Positions 1 to 9,664 of a stretch of DNA of 64,000 bases are shown here, in pieces. The first letter of the stretch is position 1; each line of letters begins with the position of its first letter. Origin of the DNA: an uncultured Acidimicrobiia bacterium (lineage in GTDB: Bacteria; Actinomycetota; Acidimicrobiia; Spongiisociales; UBA5794); assembly GCA_963714375.1 (NCBI GenBank), contig CAVQOG010000002.1, positions 133,611 through 197,610 on the forward strand. Reading direction: 5' to 3'. The notes below the pieces were generated by a model. It worked only from the letters and a program-made list of their open reading frames with translations, did not search any database and had not been told where the DNA came from. A program made the translations under genes and the position numbers.

Positions 1-414
1 GGCGATCCGGACGAGATCATGGGTCCACGAGAAGTACTCGGTCGGTCCTCGAAGGACCAAACGCTCTGGCTGAGTGCATCAACGATCATCCCACCGATCG
101 AGATGCGTGAGCAGTGCCGCATTGTGCACCTGATACGCGAAATTGCCCTTCCGCCCGAGCTCGAACGGCTCATCGTTCAACGCCTCGACGGCTGGAGTGT
201 TGGTACCGAGGTCCGTGACGACCGTCTGGATGTTCTCACCCCACGTGAACGTGAGGTGCTTCAGCTCCTGACGGAGGGCCTCGACGGTACCGCAATCTCG
301 GAGAAGCTCTTCGTCTCACAAGCGACGGTTCGCAACCACATCCAGCACATCCTCACCAAGCTCAACGTCCATAGCCGAGTAGAAGCCGTCGCATTCGCCC
401 TTCGTCGTAACTAG
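1..414 (+). CDS. LuxR-family HTH transcriptional regulator (probably 5'-partial at the window edge)
   Basis: C-terminal LTPREREVLQLLTEGL...ISEKLFVSQATVRNHIQHILTKLNVHSRVEA is a classic LuxR/GerE HTH; the frame is open back to base 1. Confidence 0.85.
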   Translation, partial: GDPDEIMGPREVLGRSSKDQTLWLSASTIIPPIEMREQCRIVHLIREIALPPELERLIVQRLDGWSVGTEVRDDRLDVLTPREREVLQLLTEGLDGTAISEKLFVSQATVRNHIQHILTKLNVHSRVEAVAFALRRN

Positions 415-596
415 GCGTCGCACCAGCCGCTCGGATCTTAAGATCAGGTCACGCACCGCAAGCACCGTTCGAATGTTGCGTCACGTGCCGTCGATCCAAG
501 GATCTGCGGGAGCTTCGCTGCCAGCTTGCTTCTCCCGATAGACATTCGACGGAGCTCGCAGGCTCGCGCGCCCCCCTGAAGGGAGGACGGGTTGAG

Positions 597-635
597 TTCC
601 GTAGTCCGTGTTCCGTAGTCCGTGTTCCGTAGTCC
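597..635. repeat. Tandem repeat of TTCCGTAGTCCGTG, about 2.8 copies (underlying 7-bp period)
   Basis: Read directly: units at 597-610 and 611-624, partial unit at 625-635. Confidence 0.9.
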
Positions 636-661
636 TTGCATCCGGACCTAGAGTCCTCGAA

Positions 662-2044
662 GTGAACGTTCTCTTGATTTCTACATATGAGCTAGGCAGG
701 CAACCGGTGCATGTCGCAAGTCCTGCGGCTGCACTTGAGGCGTCGGGCCATACGGCCAAAGCCCTCGACCTTGCCGTGCAACCATGGGATCTCGCACTCG
801 TCGACTGGGCGGATGCCGTTGCTATCTCGACTCCGATGCACACCGCAATGCGTCTTGCGATCGCTGCGTGTCGAAGGATCAAAGCCCATAGACCGGAACT
901 GCCTGTCGCTGCGTATGGTCTCTATGCCGGCATGATGAACGATGAAGAATCGAAGCTCTTCGACAGGGCGATTGTTGGCGAGTACGAGACCACCCTGGTG
1001 CAGTGGGTGGCAGGGAAACGCTCGGTTGAACCGGTCACGATCCACCTCACCCGAGGTGGATTCCAGACCCCGGACCGAAGCATGCTCCCCTCCCTTGACA
1101 ACTACGCACGTCTGTCGATCAACGGCGAAGAAAGGCTCGTTGGGGCCGTCGAGGCATCGCACGGATGCGTCCATCTCTGTCGTCACTGTCCCATTCCCGC
1201 TGTCTACAACGGCGCGCTGAGGATTGTCGATGTGGAAACGGTGCTGGCCGACATCGATCAACAGATCGCCGCGGGTGCCCGACACATCACGTTCGGGGAT
1301 CCAGACTTCCTGAACGGCCCTGCCCATTCCCTTCGAATCATTCGGGCGATGCATGAGCGACACCCCACGGTCACGTTTGACTGCACCGTCAAGGTGGAGC
1401 ACATTCTCTCTTACGCGGATGTTTGGGACGAGTTCGCGTCTGCAGGTTGTCTGTTCGTGGTGTCGGCGTTCGAGTCGATGAACGACAACGTGCTCATGAA
1501 CCTCGACAAGGGACATACAGCCGAAGACGCCGCACGAGCCGTTCATCTCCTCCGAGATGCAGGCATCGATATCCGGCCTTCGTGGCTCCCGTTCACCCCG
1601 TGGACGACGCGCGAGGACATCGATGCGATGTTCCGATTCATCAGCAGTCACGATCTGATCGAGTCGACCGATCCTGTCCAAATGGGGATACGTCTCCTGA
1701 TTCCGGCTGGATCACTCATGCTTGATATCGAAGGCATCCATCGCTTTCTCGGCGAATATGACAGCGAAGCCCTGTCCCATGCGTGGACAAGTGACGATCC
1801 CGCCATGGACGCGTTGGCAGGAACACTCATGGACATTGCTGAGGAAGCATCGAGCGGTCGTCTCTCGACAATCGACACATTCATCCGACAGTGGATGACT
1901 GTTACCGATGGCACCGACCTCGAAGCGCCAGTCGTGGCCATCGACCAGGGAGCGACGCTTGGCCGACCCAAGTTGACCGAATCGTGGTTCTGCTGAGCTG
2001 AGCCAACCGCGAGCCAGTTGGGCTCGCTCGATTCCCCAGATTGA
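662..2044 (+). CDS. CUAEP/CCAEP-tail radical SAM (seleno)protein; Sec at UGA 1994-1996
   Basis: CVHLCRHC radical SAM CxxxCxxC motif; N-terminal B12-binding-like region; GTG start at 662 (MNVLLISTYELGRQP); reading through TGA gives ...ESWFC-U-AEPTASQLGSLDSPD* ending at TGA 2042-2044. Confidence 0.88.
2000..2025 (+). promoter_or_regulatory. Candidate bacterial SECIS hairpin downstream of the Sec UGA
   Basis: GAGCCAAC (2000-2007) pairs with GTTGGGCTC (2017-2025) with one bulged G, starting 4 nt after the UGA. Confidence 0.5.
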
Positions 2045-2128
2045 AGCCGCTACCGGGACCCTTGGACTGGAAACTGCCGTTTTCCTTGCGTAATCGCCTG
2101 TCATCTCTCGACGCCTAGTCTGACCTCC

Positions 2129-3796
2129 GTGACTGAATCAGCAACCGCACCGCTTCGAATTCCGCTGTACAGGGCCATCTGGATCGCGGCAATGCTGTCG
2201 AACATCGGTTCATTCCTCCAGGCTGTTGCGGGGGCCTGGCTCATGAAAGAGCTGACTGACTCCTCGGCGACATGGGTTGCAGTGATGGTCGTGTCGAACA
2301 TTCTGCCGGTTCTCTTCCTGTCACTGTTCGCCGGTGTGGTGGCGGACATGTTTTCAAAGGCGAAGGTGATGCTTTGGTCACAAATCCTGATGGGATTCTC
2401 AGCCGCTGCCATGGCCGCCACCACCTATCTCGACTTGATCACACCGGGACTCCTGCTCGGGCTCGGTTTGCTCCTCGGGGTCGGGATGGCATTCAACCTG
2501 CCTGCGTGGCAGTCAATCGTTCCCGAACTCGTCCCCCGCGGCATGGTTGCCAGCGCCGTCGCCCTCAACTCGGCCAGTTTCAACGTCGCAAGAGCGGTGG
2601 GTCCCGCCCTCGGTGGTCTGATCCTCGCCGTGTCAGGTCCAGCCCTGGCGTTCAGTCTCAATACGTTGAGCTATCTCGGTGTGATTGTTGTCGTGGCAGT
2701 ACTCGCTCGATCGTGGGAAAAGCAGACGGACGAACAAGCCTCCGTCGGTCTGATTGTCAGCTCCATCGGACTCTCCGTTCGCTATGCACGCTATTCACCT
2801 GTTTTCCGACGGGTACTCGCGCTTGTCGCGATGTTCGGCATCACGACCGCCGTGATCCAAGCGGTTCTTCCGAACAGGACATCCGAGCTCGACGGGAGCG
2901 AGGCAGCATATGGTTTACTCCTCGGCGCCATGGGGGTCGGTGCGCTGATTGGTGCCTTCGGAAGAACACGGTTCGAACCAATCAGAACGGGCAGAGCACT
3001 GCCTTACACCATCATCACTTTCGGTATCGCCGGCATCGTGATCGGGACAGCACCGAACCTCGCGGTTGCCTTCATCGGAATGCTTGTCATCGGTGCCTGC
3101 TGGATCCTCACACTCACCGTGTTGAATGCCACGACCCAACTGATGACTCCGGGATGGATCCGCGGTAGGGCAATGAGCCTCTACCTGCTTGCCTTCACCG
3201 GAATCATGCCTCTCGGCTCGATCACCTCGGGTGCCGTGGCTGATCAGATCGGGGCCGGGAGCACCATGATCTGGTTCTCCCTCGGAACAGTGGCCCTCGG
3301 ACTGATCGCACCGTTGTTCAGGATTCCTCCACTCGACCAGGTTCGAACACCCGAGTTCGAGCGGAAACATCGCATGCACGAACACGCCGACGATGAGGGG
3401 GGTCCCGTTCTTGTTTCCAACACTTGGCAGCTCCCGCCCGACAGTATCGATGACTTCCTTGAATTACTCGAACGAGTCCGCCGCGTCCGACTCCGCAACG
3501 GGGCATACTCGTGGCGGCTCTATCGCAACACCGACGACCCATATCGGCTGACGGAGGTGTACCTGTACACATCGTGGGAGGAGCACCTCGCGCAGCACAC
3601 ACGGACGGACGATGCAGCTGCTGCCATGCTCGGGGAAGCCATGCGATTCGACACCAACCACCGCCCCACCAACCGGCATCTCATCGCCGTAGATCTACAC
3701 CACCCACCGAATTGGGATGAATTGGTGGCAAACCTGCACACCGATGAGGAGGAAACGGGTGAGAGCTTCGGGTTCCCCATGGCCGACAACCGATGA
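2129..3796 (+). CDS. MFS transporter (MFS_3/DUF894 type) with a C-terminal soluble ABM-like domain
   Basis: About 12 TM helices; GVVADMF, ALNSASFNVARAVGPALGG and WIRGRAMS motifs; C-terminal RLRNGAYSWRLY...SWEEHLAQHTR domain typical of this family. Confidence 0.9.
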   Translation: MTESATAPLRIPLYRAIWIAAMLSNIGSFLQAVAGAWLMKELTDSSATWVAVMVVSNILPVLFLSLFAGVVADMFSKAKVMLWSQILMGFSAAAMAATTYLDLITPGLLLGLGLLLGVGMAFNLPAWQSIVPELVPRGMVASAVALNSASFNVARAVGPALGGLILAVSGPALAFSLNTLSYLGVIVVVAVLARSWEKQTDEQASVGLIVSSIGLSVRYARYSPVFRRVLALVAMFGITTAVIQAVLPNRTSELDGSEAAYGLLLGAMGVGALIGAFGRTRFEPIRTGRALPYTIITFGIAGIVIGTAPNLAVAFIGMLVIGACWILTLTVLNATTQLMTPGWIRGRAMSLYLLAFTGIMPLGSITSGAVADQIGAGSTMIWFSLGTVALGLIAPLFRIPPLDQVRTPEFERKHRMHEHADDEGGPVLVSNTWQLPPDSIDDFLELLERVRRVRLRNGAYSWRLYRNTDDPYRLTEVYLYTSWEEHLAQHTRTDDAAAAMLGEAMRFDTNHRPTNRHLIAVDLHHPPNWDELVANLHTDEEETGESFGFPMADNR

Positions 3797-3857
3797 CCGA
3801 TTTCAGAAGTCAGAAGTCAGAAGCACTGGCCTCTCGTATCGGTAATCGGTAATCGGT
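3789..3857. repeat. Heptamer tandem-repeat element: (ACCGATg)2-(TCAGAAG)3-spacer-(ATCGGTA)~3
   Basis: TCAGAAG x3 at 3803-3823; ATCGGTA x~3 at 3838-3857; ACCGAT at 3789 and 3796 is the reverse complement of ATCGGT; lies between convergent genes. Confidence 0.85.
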
Positions 3858-3861
3858 GGAC

Positions 3862-4422
3862 CTAGATGATTTCGGCGGCAAGGCGTTCGAGGTCTGCCTT
3901 GGTCTTTCCTTCGAACTTGCTTGCGCACACGTCGTCATACCTGGAGCACAGTGTCGAACACGCGGATCCGGTGATCATGTTGTCTGCCATGTCGAAGAGA
4001 ATCCCGTCTTCCCTTGTGATGTGATCAACAATGAGATCGACGTAGCCCCTTGCGGCATCGCGCACCGCCCGTCCCGCCTGTGCGTCGCCGGCTCGAGCTG
4101 CGTCGAGGTTTGCAACCATGACGCCAACGAATTCCCTCCCCTGCCGATGGTCCTCGAGCATCATGGCAATCGGACCCGAGTCTGCCGGAAGACCCTCCTC
4201 CTCCAGCTCCGGGAACAGCAGATCCTCTTCCATGCCGTGGTGGAAGGCATCCGTGAAGAGTCGGAAGAAGGTGACACACGATTCGAGGGTGTCGAATCGA
4301 AGATCAACGCCCTGTTCCTCGTCGGTGAGCATTTCGTCGAGCCGGGCCGCAACCTTGAGAATCAGCTGATGATCCTCCCGCAATACGGCGGTCGGTGTTT
4401 GTTCGTTTCCAGTCATCATCAC
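3862..4422 (-). CDS. Hemerythrin (HHE) domain protein
   Basis: LREDH...HHGMEEDLLFP...MLEDH...HITREDGILF iron-ligand pattern. Confidence 0.9.
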   Translation of the reverse strand: MMMTGNEQTPTAVLREDHQLILKVAARLDEMLTDEEQGVDLRFDTLESCVTFFRLFTDAFHHGMEEDLLFPELEEEGLPADSGPIAMMLEDHRQGREFVGVMVANLDAARAGDAQAGRAVRDAARGYVDLIVDHITREDGILFDMADNMITGSACSTLCSRYDDVCASKFEGKTKADLERLAAEII

Positions 4423-4531
4423 GTCAAGCTACAGCACATTCGAGGTACCGCAAAATCGGCCCTGATCTGTCCAGACTCGTATCCGATATCGTGGTTTCGT
4501 CCACGGAGAAGACCATCGCTATCGTGCGACG

Positions 4532-6262
4532 ATGAGCACCCAGAGGTTCGTCCGTCGCGCGTCAATCTCGCTTGCCCTTTCATTGTTCGTTTCGCTATTC
4601 GTGGTGTCATGTACATCGGAGGGAACCGACACAACAGTCGCGACGCCATCAACGTCGACCTCCTCGACCGGAGCGACCAGCACGTTGCCGACGACGTCGA
4701 CCACCGGGTCACCCGCGCCACCCCAGGAACATTGGATCAGCATCGAGGGTGATTCGTTTGTCGACACCCGGACACAAACACCGTTCGTACCCATCGGCGT
4801 GAACCTCTTACTCAAGGTCGGTGGGGGCGGTGGAGATCGGATGTTCGCGTTGTACGACCCGGACTGGGTCGACCCACAGCTCGACGGCATCGCCTCACTC
4901 GGCATGAACACCGTGCGGTTCTTCCTCGACATGTGCATGGAATGTACGACGACGGACAGCGGAATCAGATCCGAGTACCTGGACGACCTTGCCGATCTCC
5001 TGACACGTCTCGAGGCCCACGGACTCGTTGCCCTCCCCACCAGCAACGACGTTCCTGATCCCGGGTTCTCCAACCGCCTACCGTGCTGTGAGCCCTTTGG
5101 CGGCTATCGGAACTCGCTGTACCTCGCCCCCGAGGGGCAACAGATCGCCATCGAGTACTGGACACAGCTGATCGAGGGCATCAAAGAGCGAGGTGCACCG
5201 ACACATCACATCCTCGGCTGGCAACTCGCAAACGAGCAGTTCTATCTTCGTGATGTACCCCCGATATCGATATCGACGGGTTCCGTCACGACTGCAGACG
5301 GTGAAACCTATGACCTTGCCGATGATTCGGCTGTTGAGTCCATGGTCGTCAACAACCTCCGTTCCTATGCAACAAATGTCGGCGACGCGATCCGCGAGGT
5401 AGACGACGGAGCACTCATCACCATGGGCTTCTTCTCGGCTGAGGATCCCGAATCGGGGCGTGTCGGTCTCGACAACCGCTGGGTCGTTCCCGACGACATC
5501 ATCGACGACTCAACGCTTGACTTCGTCGACCTCCACGCCTACCCGGGGCTCGGCGGAGTATGGGACGCGATCGCAGCGTCCTACGGAATTGCTGACGGGG
5601 AACCATCATTCCCCATCCTGTTGGGTGAATTCGGCGCTTTCGAATCGGCATATATCACGCCGGCGGAGGGAGCTGCTGCGATGGCACGTTGGCAATCGGA
5701 ATCGTGCCAGTACGGGTTTGATGGGTGGCTGCTGTGGTTCTGGGGTGCCGACAAGGACAACGAGGTCATACCAGTCGAGGTTGGTGACGCAGCAATCGCT
5801 CGAGCGGTTTCGCCAGCCGTAAGACCAGATCCATGCGATGTTGGACCGTTTGCGAGCAGCAACCTTGCGCTCGAACGACCGACCACGGCATCCGCCCAAG
5901 AGAGCGACGCATACGGGGCGAACAAGGTGACGGATGGTTCTGATGCCACTTGGTGGAGCGCCGGTGCTGGCCCTCCCCAGTGGGTCGAGATCGATTTGGA
6001 GGAGAACCGTACCGTCGGAAGTGTCGAGATACTCATCGGACATGTATCACCCCCCGGCCCACAAACCCACCGTGTATATCTCAGGAGTTCGGATCAATCG
6101 GGGAAGGGAGAGCTTGTCGGAGAAGTCAAGGCAAACGCGGTCCAGGGCGATGTCCTGACAGTGACGTTCGATCCCGCCGCCGACGTCCGATACGTGCGTA
6201 TCGAGACAATCCGCATGGACGGATGGGTGATTCTTCACGAGATCCGCGTTCTCACCGGGTAG
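4532..6262 (+). CDS. Lipoprotein: GH5-like glycoside hydrolase + F5/8 type C (discoidin/CBM32) domain
   Basis: Lipobox VVSC; Thr/Ser linker; GMNTVRFF, WQLANE (acid/base), DLHAYP, LLGEFG (nucleophile); C-terminal NLALERP...DG...WW...QWVEIDL...RYVRI...EIRV. Confidence 0.82.
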   Translation: MSTQRFVRRASISLALSLFVSLFVVSCTSEGTDTTVATPSTSTSSTGATSTLPTTSTTGSPAPPQEHWISIEGDSFVDTRTQTPFVPIGVNLLLKVGGGGGDRMFALYDPDWVDPQLDGIASLGMNTVRFFLDMCMECTTTDSGIRSEYLDDLADLLTRLEAHGLVALPTSNDVPDPGFSNRLPCCEPFGGYRNSLYLAPEGQQIAIEYWTQLIEGIKERGAPTHHILGWQLANEQFYLRDVPPISISTGSVTTADGETYDLADDSAVESMVVNNLRSYATNVGDAIREVDDGALITMGFFSAEDPESGRVGLDNRWVVPDDIIDDSTLDFVDLHAYPGLGGVWDAIAASYGIADGEPSFPILLGEFGAFESAYITPAEGAAAMARWQSESCQYGFDGWLLWFWGADKDNEVIPVEVGDAAIARAVSPAVRPDPCDVGPFASSNLALERPTTASAQESDAYGANKVTDGSDATWWSAGAGPPQWVEIDLEENRTVGSVEILIGHVSPPGPQTHRVYLRSSDQSGKGELVGEVKANAVQGDVLTVTFDPAADVRYVRIETIRMDGWVILHEIRVLTG

Positions 6263-6351
6263 CAGTCTGACCCGGTAGTACGGTTGAGTTGTACGATTGA
6301 TCATTGACACACCACCTGTTTGGACGTTGAATTGCAGTACGAGGGCCAACC

Positions 6352-6900
6352 ATGACGGGTGTTCGCATGAAACGACTCACAGCAATCGCGTTCACACTTG
6401 TGCTGTCGGTGGCAGCCTGCGGTGGCAGCGACACCGATACCGGTGCCACCCCGACAACCGATGCACCACAGGACGGCATCACAACGGTGGCGTCAAGCCC
6501 CACCAACGAGGTGTCGCTTGACGATCCGTGTGCCATCGTCGACGACGAAACGATCAGCGCCACGCTCGGCAAGGCTGTCACTGGCAGCAATCTGGGCGTA
6601 GGGCTCTGCGCATACGTCCCCACCGATGGGAGTGGTGGAGTCGAACTCCTGATCCAGGATGTGTCCGCAGTCGGTTGCGACGTCATTTTCGATGCGGGAG
6701 GTTTCAGCGACGAGGAGCTCGTAGACAGCGTCGGCACGTATGCGAGGTACAACGCCGACGCCAGCGGTGGAACACATCAGATGGCGGTGTGTTTCGACGA
6801 ACAGTATTCGCTCGTCACCGTGATGTATGCCGACACGCCAACCGCCAAGGAAACGCTCATCGGCATCGCGGATGCTGTTGGATACGGTTTGGGGTACTAG
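6352..6900 (+). CDS. DUF3558-like lipoprotein
   Basis: Lipobox VAAC-GG; low-complexity linker; DDPCAIVDDETI...LG...CAY two-Cys pattern. Confidence 0.65.
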   Translation: MTGVRMKRLTAIAFTLVLSVAACGGSDTDTGATPTTDAPQDGITTVASSPTNEVSLDDPCAIVDDETISATLGKAVTGSNLGVGLCAYVPTDGSGGVELLIQDVSAVGCDVIFDAGGFSDEELVDSVGTYARYNADASGGTHQMAVCFDEQYSLVTVMYADTPTAKETLIGIADAVGYGLGY

Positions 6901-6922
6901 AGAAGCGACCAGGGAACCGCCC

Positions 6923-7534
6923 GTGGACAAGGTTGATTTCAAGAAGACGCTCAAACATCTCTACCAACCCTCGACGGAGGACTTCACGGTCGTTGAAGTG
7001 CCCGTCATGCAGTTCATCAAGGTCGACGGCTCCGGGCCTCCCGAGAGCGACGGCTTCGAGCAAGCGATCGGATGGTTGTACGCGACGTCGTATCCGATCA
7101 AGTTCTCGTCAAAGACAGATCTCAACCGCGACTATGTGGTTCCACCTCTTGAGGCCCTGTGGTGGGCAGACGACATGTCCGCTTTCACCGCGAACGATCG
7201 TGAAGCATGGTTGTGGACCGCGATGATCATGCAGCCCGATTGGATCACCGCAAAGATGTACGACAAGGTCGCGAAACAAGCGTCCTCAAAACTCGGCCCG
7301 CCTCCCGACACCCTCCGATTCGAGCTATTCGCCGAAGGACTCTCGGTGCAGATCCTTCACGTCGGTCCGTTTGCTGAGGAGGCACCGACCATTGCCCGAC
7401 TCCACAGCGAGTACCTACCAGCCAACGGCCTTGTCGAAAATGGCCATCATCACGAGATCTACCTCAGCGACCTTCGCAGAACTGCCTCCGAAAAGCTGAA
7501 GACGGTGTTGCGTCAACCGGTGTCAAAGGTGTAA
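6923..7534 (+). CDS. GyrI-like small-molecule-binding domain protein
   Basis: MDKVDFKKTLKHLY...VVPPLEALWWAD...EGLSVQILHVGPF...HHEIYLSD...LKTVLRQPV; GTG start at 6923. Confidence 0.88.
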   Translation: MDKVDFKKTLKHLYQPSTEDFTVVEVPVMQFIKVDGSGPPESDGFEQAIGWLYATSYPIKFSSKTDLNRDYVVPPLEALWWADDMSAFTANDREAWLWTAMIMQPDWITAKMYDKVAKQASSKLGPPPDTLRFELFAEGLSVQILHVGPFAEEAPTIARLHSEYLPANGLVENGHHHEIYLSDLRRTASEKLKTVLRQPVSKV

Positions 7535-7620
7535 CTCCATCTGTCGGATTGTGATCTCCATCCTGGCACGTCCGATCCAATCGACTTATTCCTACACCAC
7601 CCATCGTTAGAGTCCTGCGG

Positions 7621-8127
7621 ATGAAACAATGGCTGACCGATCACTGGTCCACGGCGGGAGCCGTGCTCGTTGGCGGTGTGCTCACCGCTGCCTTTGGCAA
7701 CATTGCATTTCAATCACTCCTCGATTGGATCGATCCAACCAGAATCGATGAGGATTTCGCACGTGGCACCCTCGGCTTCGGTGGCGGAGCGGACGCCGGC
7801 CAGACGGCGCAGAACACAACGGCGATCATCACCGTGATCTTCGGCTCCGTCGTCATTGTCTGCACAATCCTCGTGATCGGGCTTGCTCTTCGCAAAGTGT
7901 GGGCTCGTGAGGGTGCGTTCTTCGTCTTTGGACTACTCGGCATGGTGTCGATCGGTGCATCCCTCGCTGGGTTCGCAGCAGATCCGCCAGCTCCTTCAGC
8001 CTCGGTAGGGATGCTCACCGGGATCGCCAACTTCGTTGTCGTCGCGTTTCTTCTCATGCCAGCGACGCGGCTCGACTTCGATCCCTTCGCCGACTACCAC
8101 CGCGACATCGTTCGCTCCCAGCAGTAG
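7621..8127 (+). CDS. Hypothetical membrane protein (about 4 TM)
   Basis: Hydrophobic segments; ATG start; fills the space between neighbouring genes. Confidence 0.7.
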   Translation: MKQWLTDHWSTAGAVLVGGVLTAAFGNIAFQSLLDWIDPTRIDEDFARGTLGFGGGADAGQTAQNTTAIITVIFGSVVIVCTILVIGLALRKVWAREGAFFVFGLLGMVSIGASLAGFAADPPAPSASVGMLTGIANFVVVAFLLMPATRLDFDPFADYHRDIVRSQQ

Positions 8128-8133
8128 GGCGTT

Positions 8134-8526
8134 TCAGCCCGATGGGTGTGCAAACGCCACGACGTGGCCATCGGGATCAAGGGAGTACGCAGCCTCGTCA
8201 CCCCAGTCCCGTGGCGCCAAGGCATCGAGTTCGGTCGCACCCGAGTCGAGTGCACGACGATGGAATGCACTTGGATCGTCCACGACAAGGTAGAGCTCGC
8301 ACCGTGGTGCACCACTCGCCTCGCCACTCCCGTCAGCATGAGGCAGCGTGGGGAGTAGCCGCCGAATCGCATCGAACGGCATGAGTCCGAGCGTCGCTCC
8401 GCCAGGGAGCAGGAACTGGGTCATCCCCGGTACATCCAGGACCGGATCAGAAACCAGAACTGCGCGATAGAACACTGTTGATCGACCTTGGTCCGCGACA
8501 TACAGAACAATCAGTGTGGACTCCAC
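8134..8526 (-). CDS. VOC/glyoxalase family protein
   Basis: LYVADQ..S..FY..VL; ELYLVVDD; RDWGDEAAYSLDPDGHVVAF. Confidence 0.88.
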   Translation of the reverse strand: MESTLIVLYVADQGRSTVFYRAVLVSDPVLDVPGMTQFLLPGGATLGLMPFDAIRRLLPTLPHADGSGEASGAPRCELYLVVDDPSAFHRRALDSGATELDALAPRDWGDEAAYSLDPDGHVVAFAHPSG

Positions 8527-8802
8527 GGCACCTCAGATCGCCACATCCCTATCGCCAAGTTCAACCCTGCCACGGCGCCCCACAGGTTGCATCGGTGAGG
8601 ACCGCAACGTGTCGTCACCAGCGGTGCTCTACGCATCACAATCCACTGCAACGGCGAGCGCCAAGCAGACCTCACGCATTCGCTGATCGGCGAGCCGCCC
8701 GAGCCGGTGTGTGAGGCTCGCAACTGAGACATTCTCAATCGAGTCAAGATTGACGGTCGACCGCAATGGGATCGGATCATGTTCGGGCGGTCGACGACAG
8801 CG

Positions 8803-9600
8803 TCATCGGGGTTCGGGTCCATCATGCCCGCTATCAAAGATGGGAGGTGCCGCTTCGGTGTCGCGCACGCTCTGGCGTTGACCGACCAAGAGACCAACGA
8901 TCATGCTGACGAAGGTGATCAGATAGACCTGGCCAAGCACGGTCTCAAAAACCGAAAGCAGTCGACCGAACGCTGAAGTCGTGGTGAGGTCGCCATAGCC
9001 AAGCGTTGCGATAGTCACGAAGCTGTAGTACATGAAGCTCGTGGTTGGCTCTGCCGAAGGGAAGAAGGTGCCGTCCAGCACCGAATCGGTCAGGAGAAAC
9101 ATGAAGTCGAATGTCAGGGCTATCAACAGGTAGGCAGCAACCGCACCGAGCAACGTGCTCACGGTTGCTCGACGATGCTTCATGAGCCGGCGCACCAGAA
9201 CCACAGGGGTAAGTGCCGACAGGATCACCCAGGCAAGCGATGGGGTGAACGACGAGACACGGGTTCCGCCGTCGCCGGCAAAGACATCGACAGCGAACAC
9301 CACGAGAGTTGCTCCGACTCCGATGCCGATCGCAATATCGGCCACAACCAGGAACCGCGATCCGACACCAGAGGCGCGAAGGGCGAGAAGGAGTGTTGCT
9401 CCGACGATCAACGTGACAAATACAATCCCGATTTCGGCAGTGAGGTCGTCCGAATCCGAACTGAGGTCGACCAGAGACAGAGTCACAACAGCAACGATGA
9501 TGACGACGAGCAGTATGCCGAAACGATCGACGTACTTCGACTCGTCGTCGAATACCTTCCATCCACTCAGCCGTGATGTGCTCATGTCGTCCGTATCCAT
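8803..9600 (-). CDS. Potassium channel family (Ion_trans_2) membrane protein
   Basis: YYSFVTIATLGYGD pore/filter motif followed by GRLLSVFETVLGQVY; start uncertain (9600 or 9585). Confidence 0.85.
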   Translation of the reverse strand: MDTDDMSTSRLSGWKVFDDESKYVDRFGILLVVIIVAVVTLSLVDLSSDSDDLTAEIGIVFVTLIVGATLLLALRASGVGSRFLVVADIAIGIGVGATLVVFAVDVFAGDGGTRVSSFTPSLAWVILSALTPVVLVRRLMKHRRATVSTLLGAVAAYLLIALTFDFMFLLTDSVLDGTFFPSAEPTTSFMYYSFVTIATLGYGDLTTTSAFGRLLSVFETVLGQVYLITFVSMIVGLLVGQRQSVRDTEAAPPIFDSGHDGPEPR

Positions 9601-9664
9601 AGGAGACACCGATAGTAGATACCTCGGCCACTGCAAAGGGGTATGTGCGGCGACATCTACTTCG

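Noticed and set aside
597-635. CRISPR array
   Set aside because: The repeats are contiguous 14-mers with no spacers, and there are no cas genes
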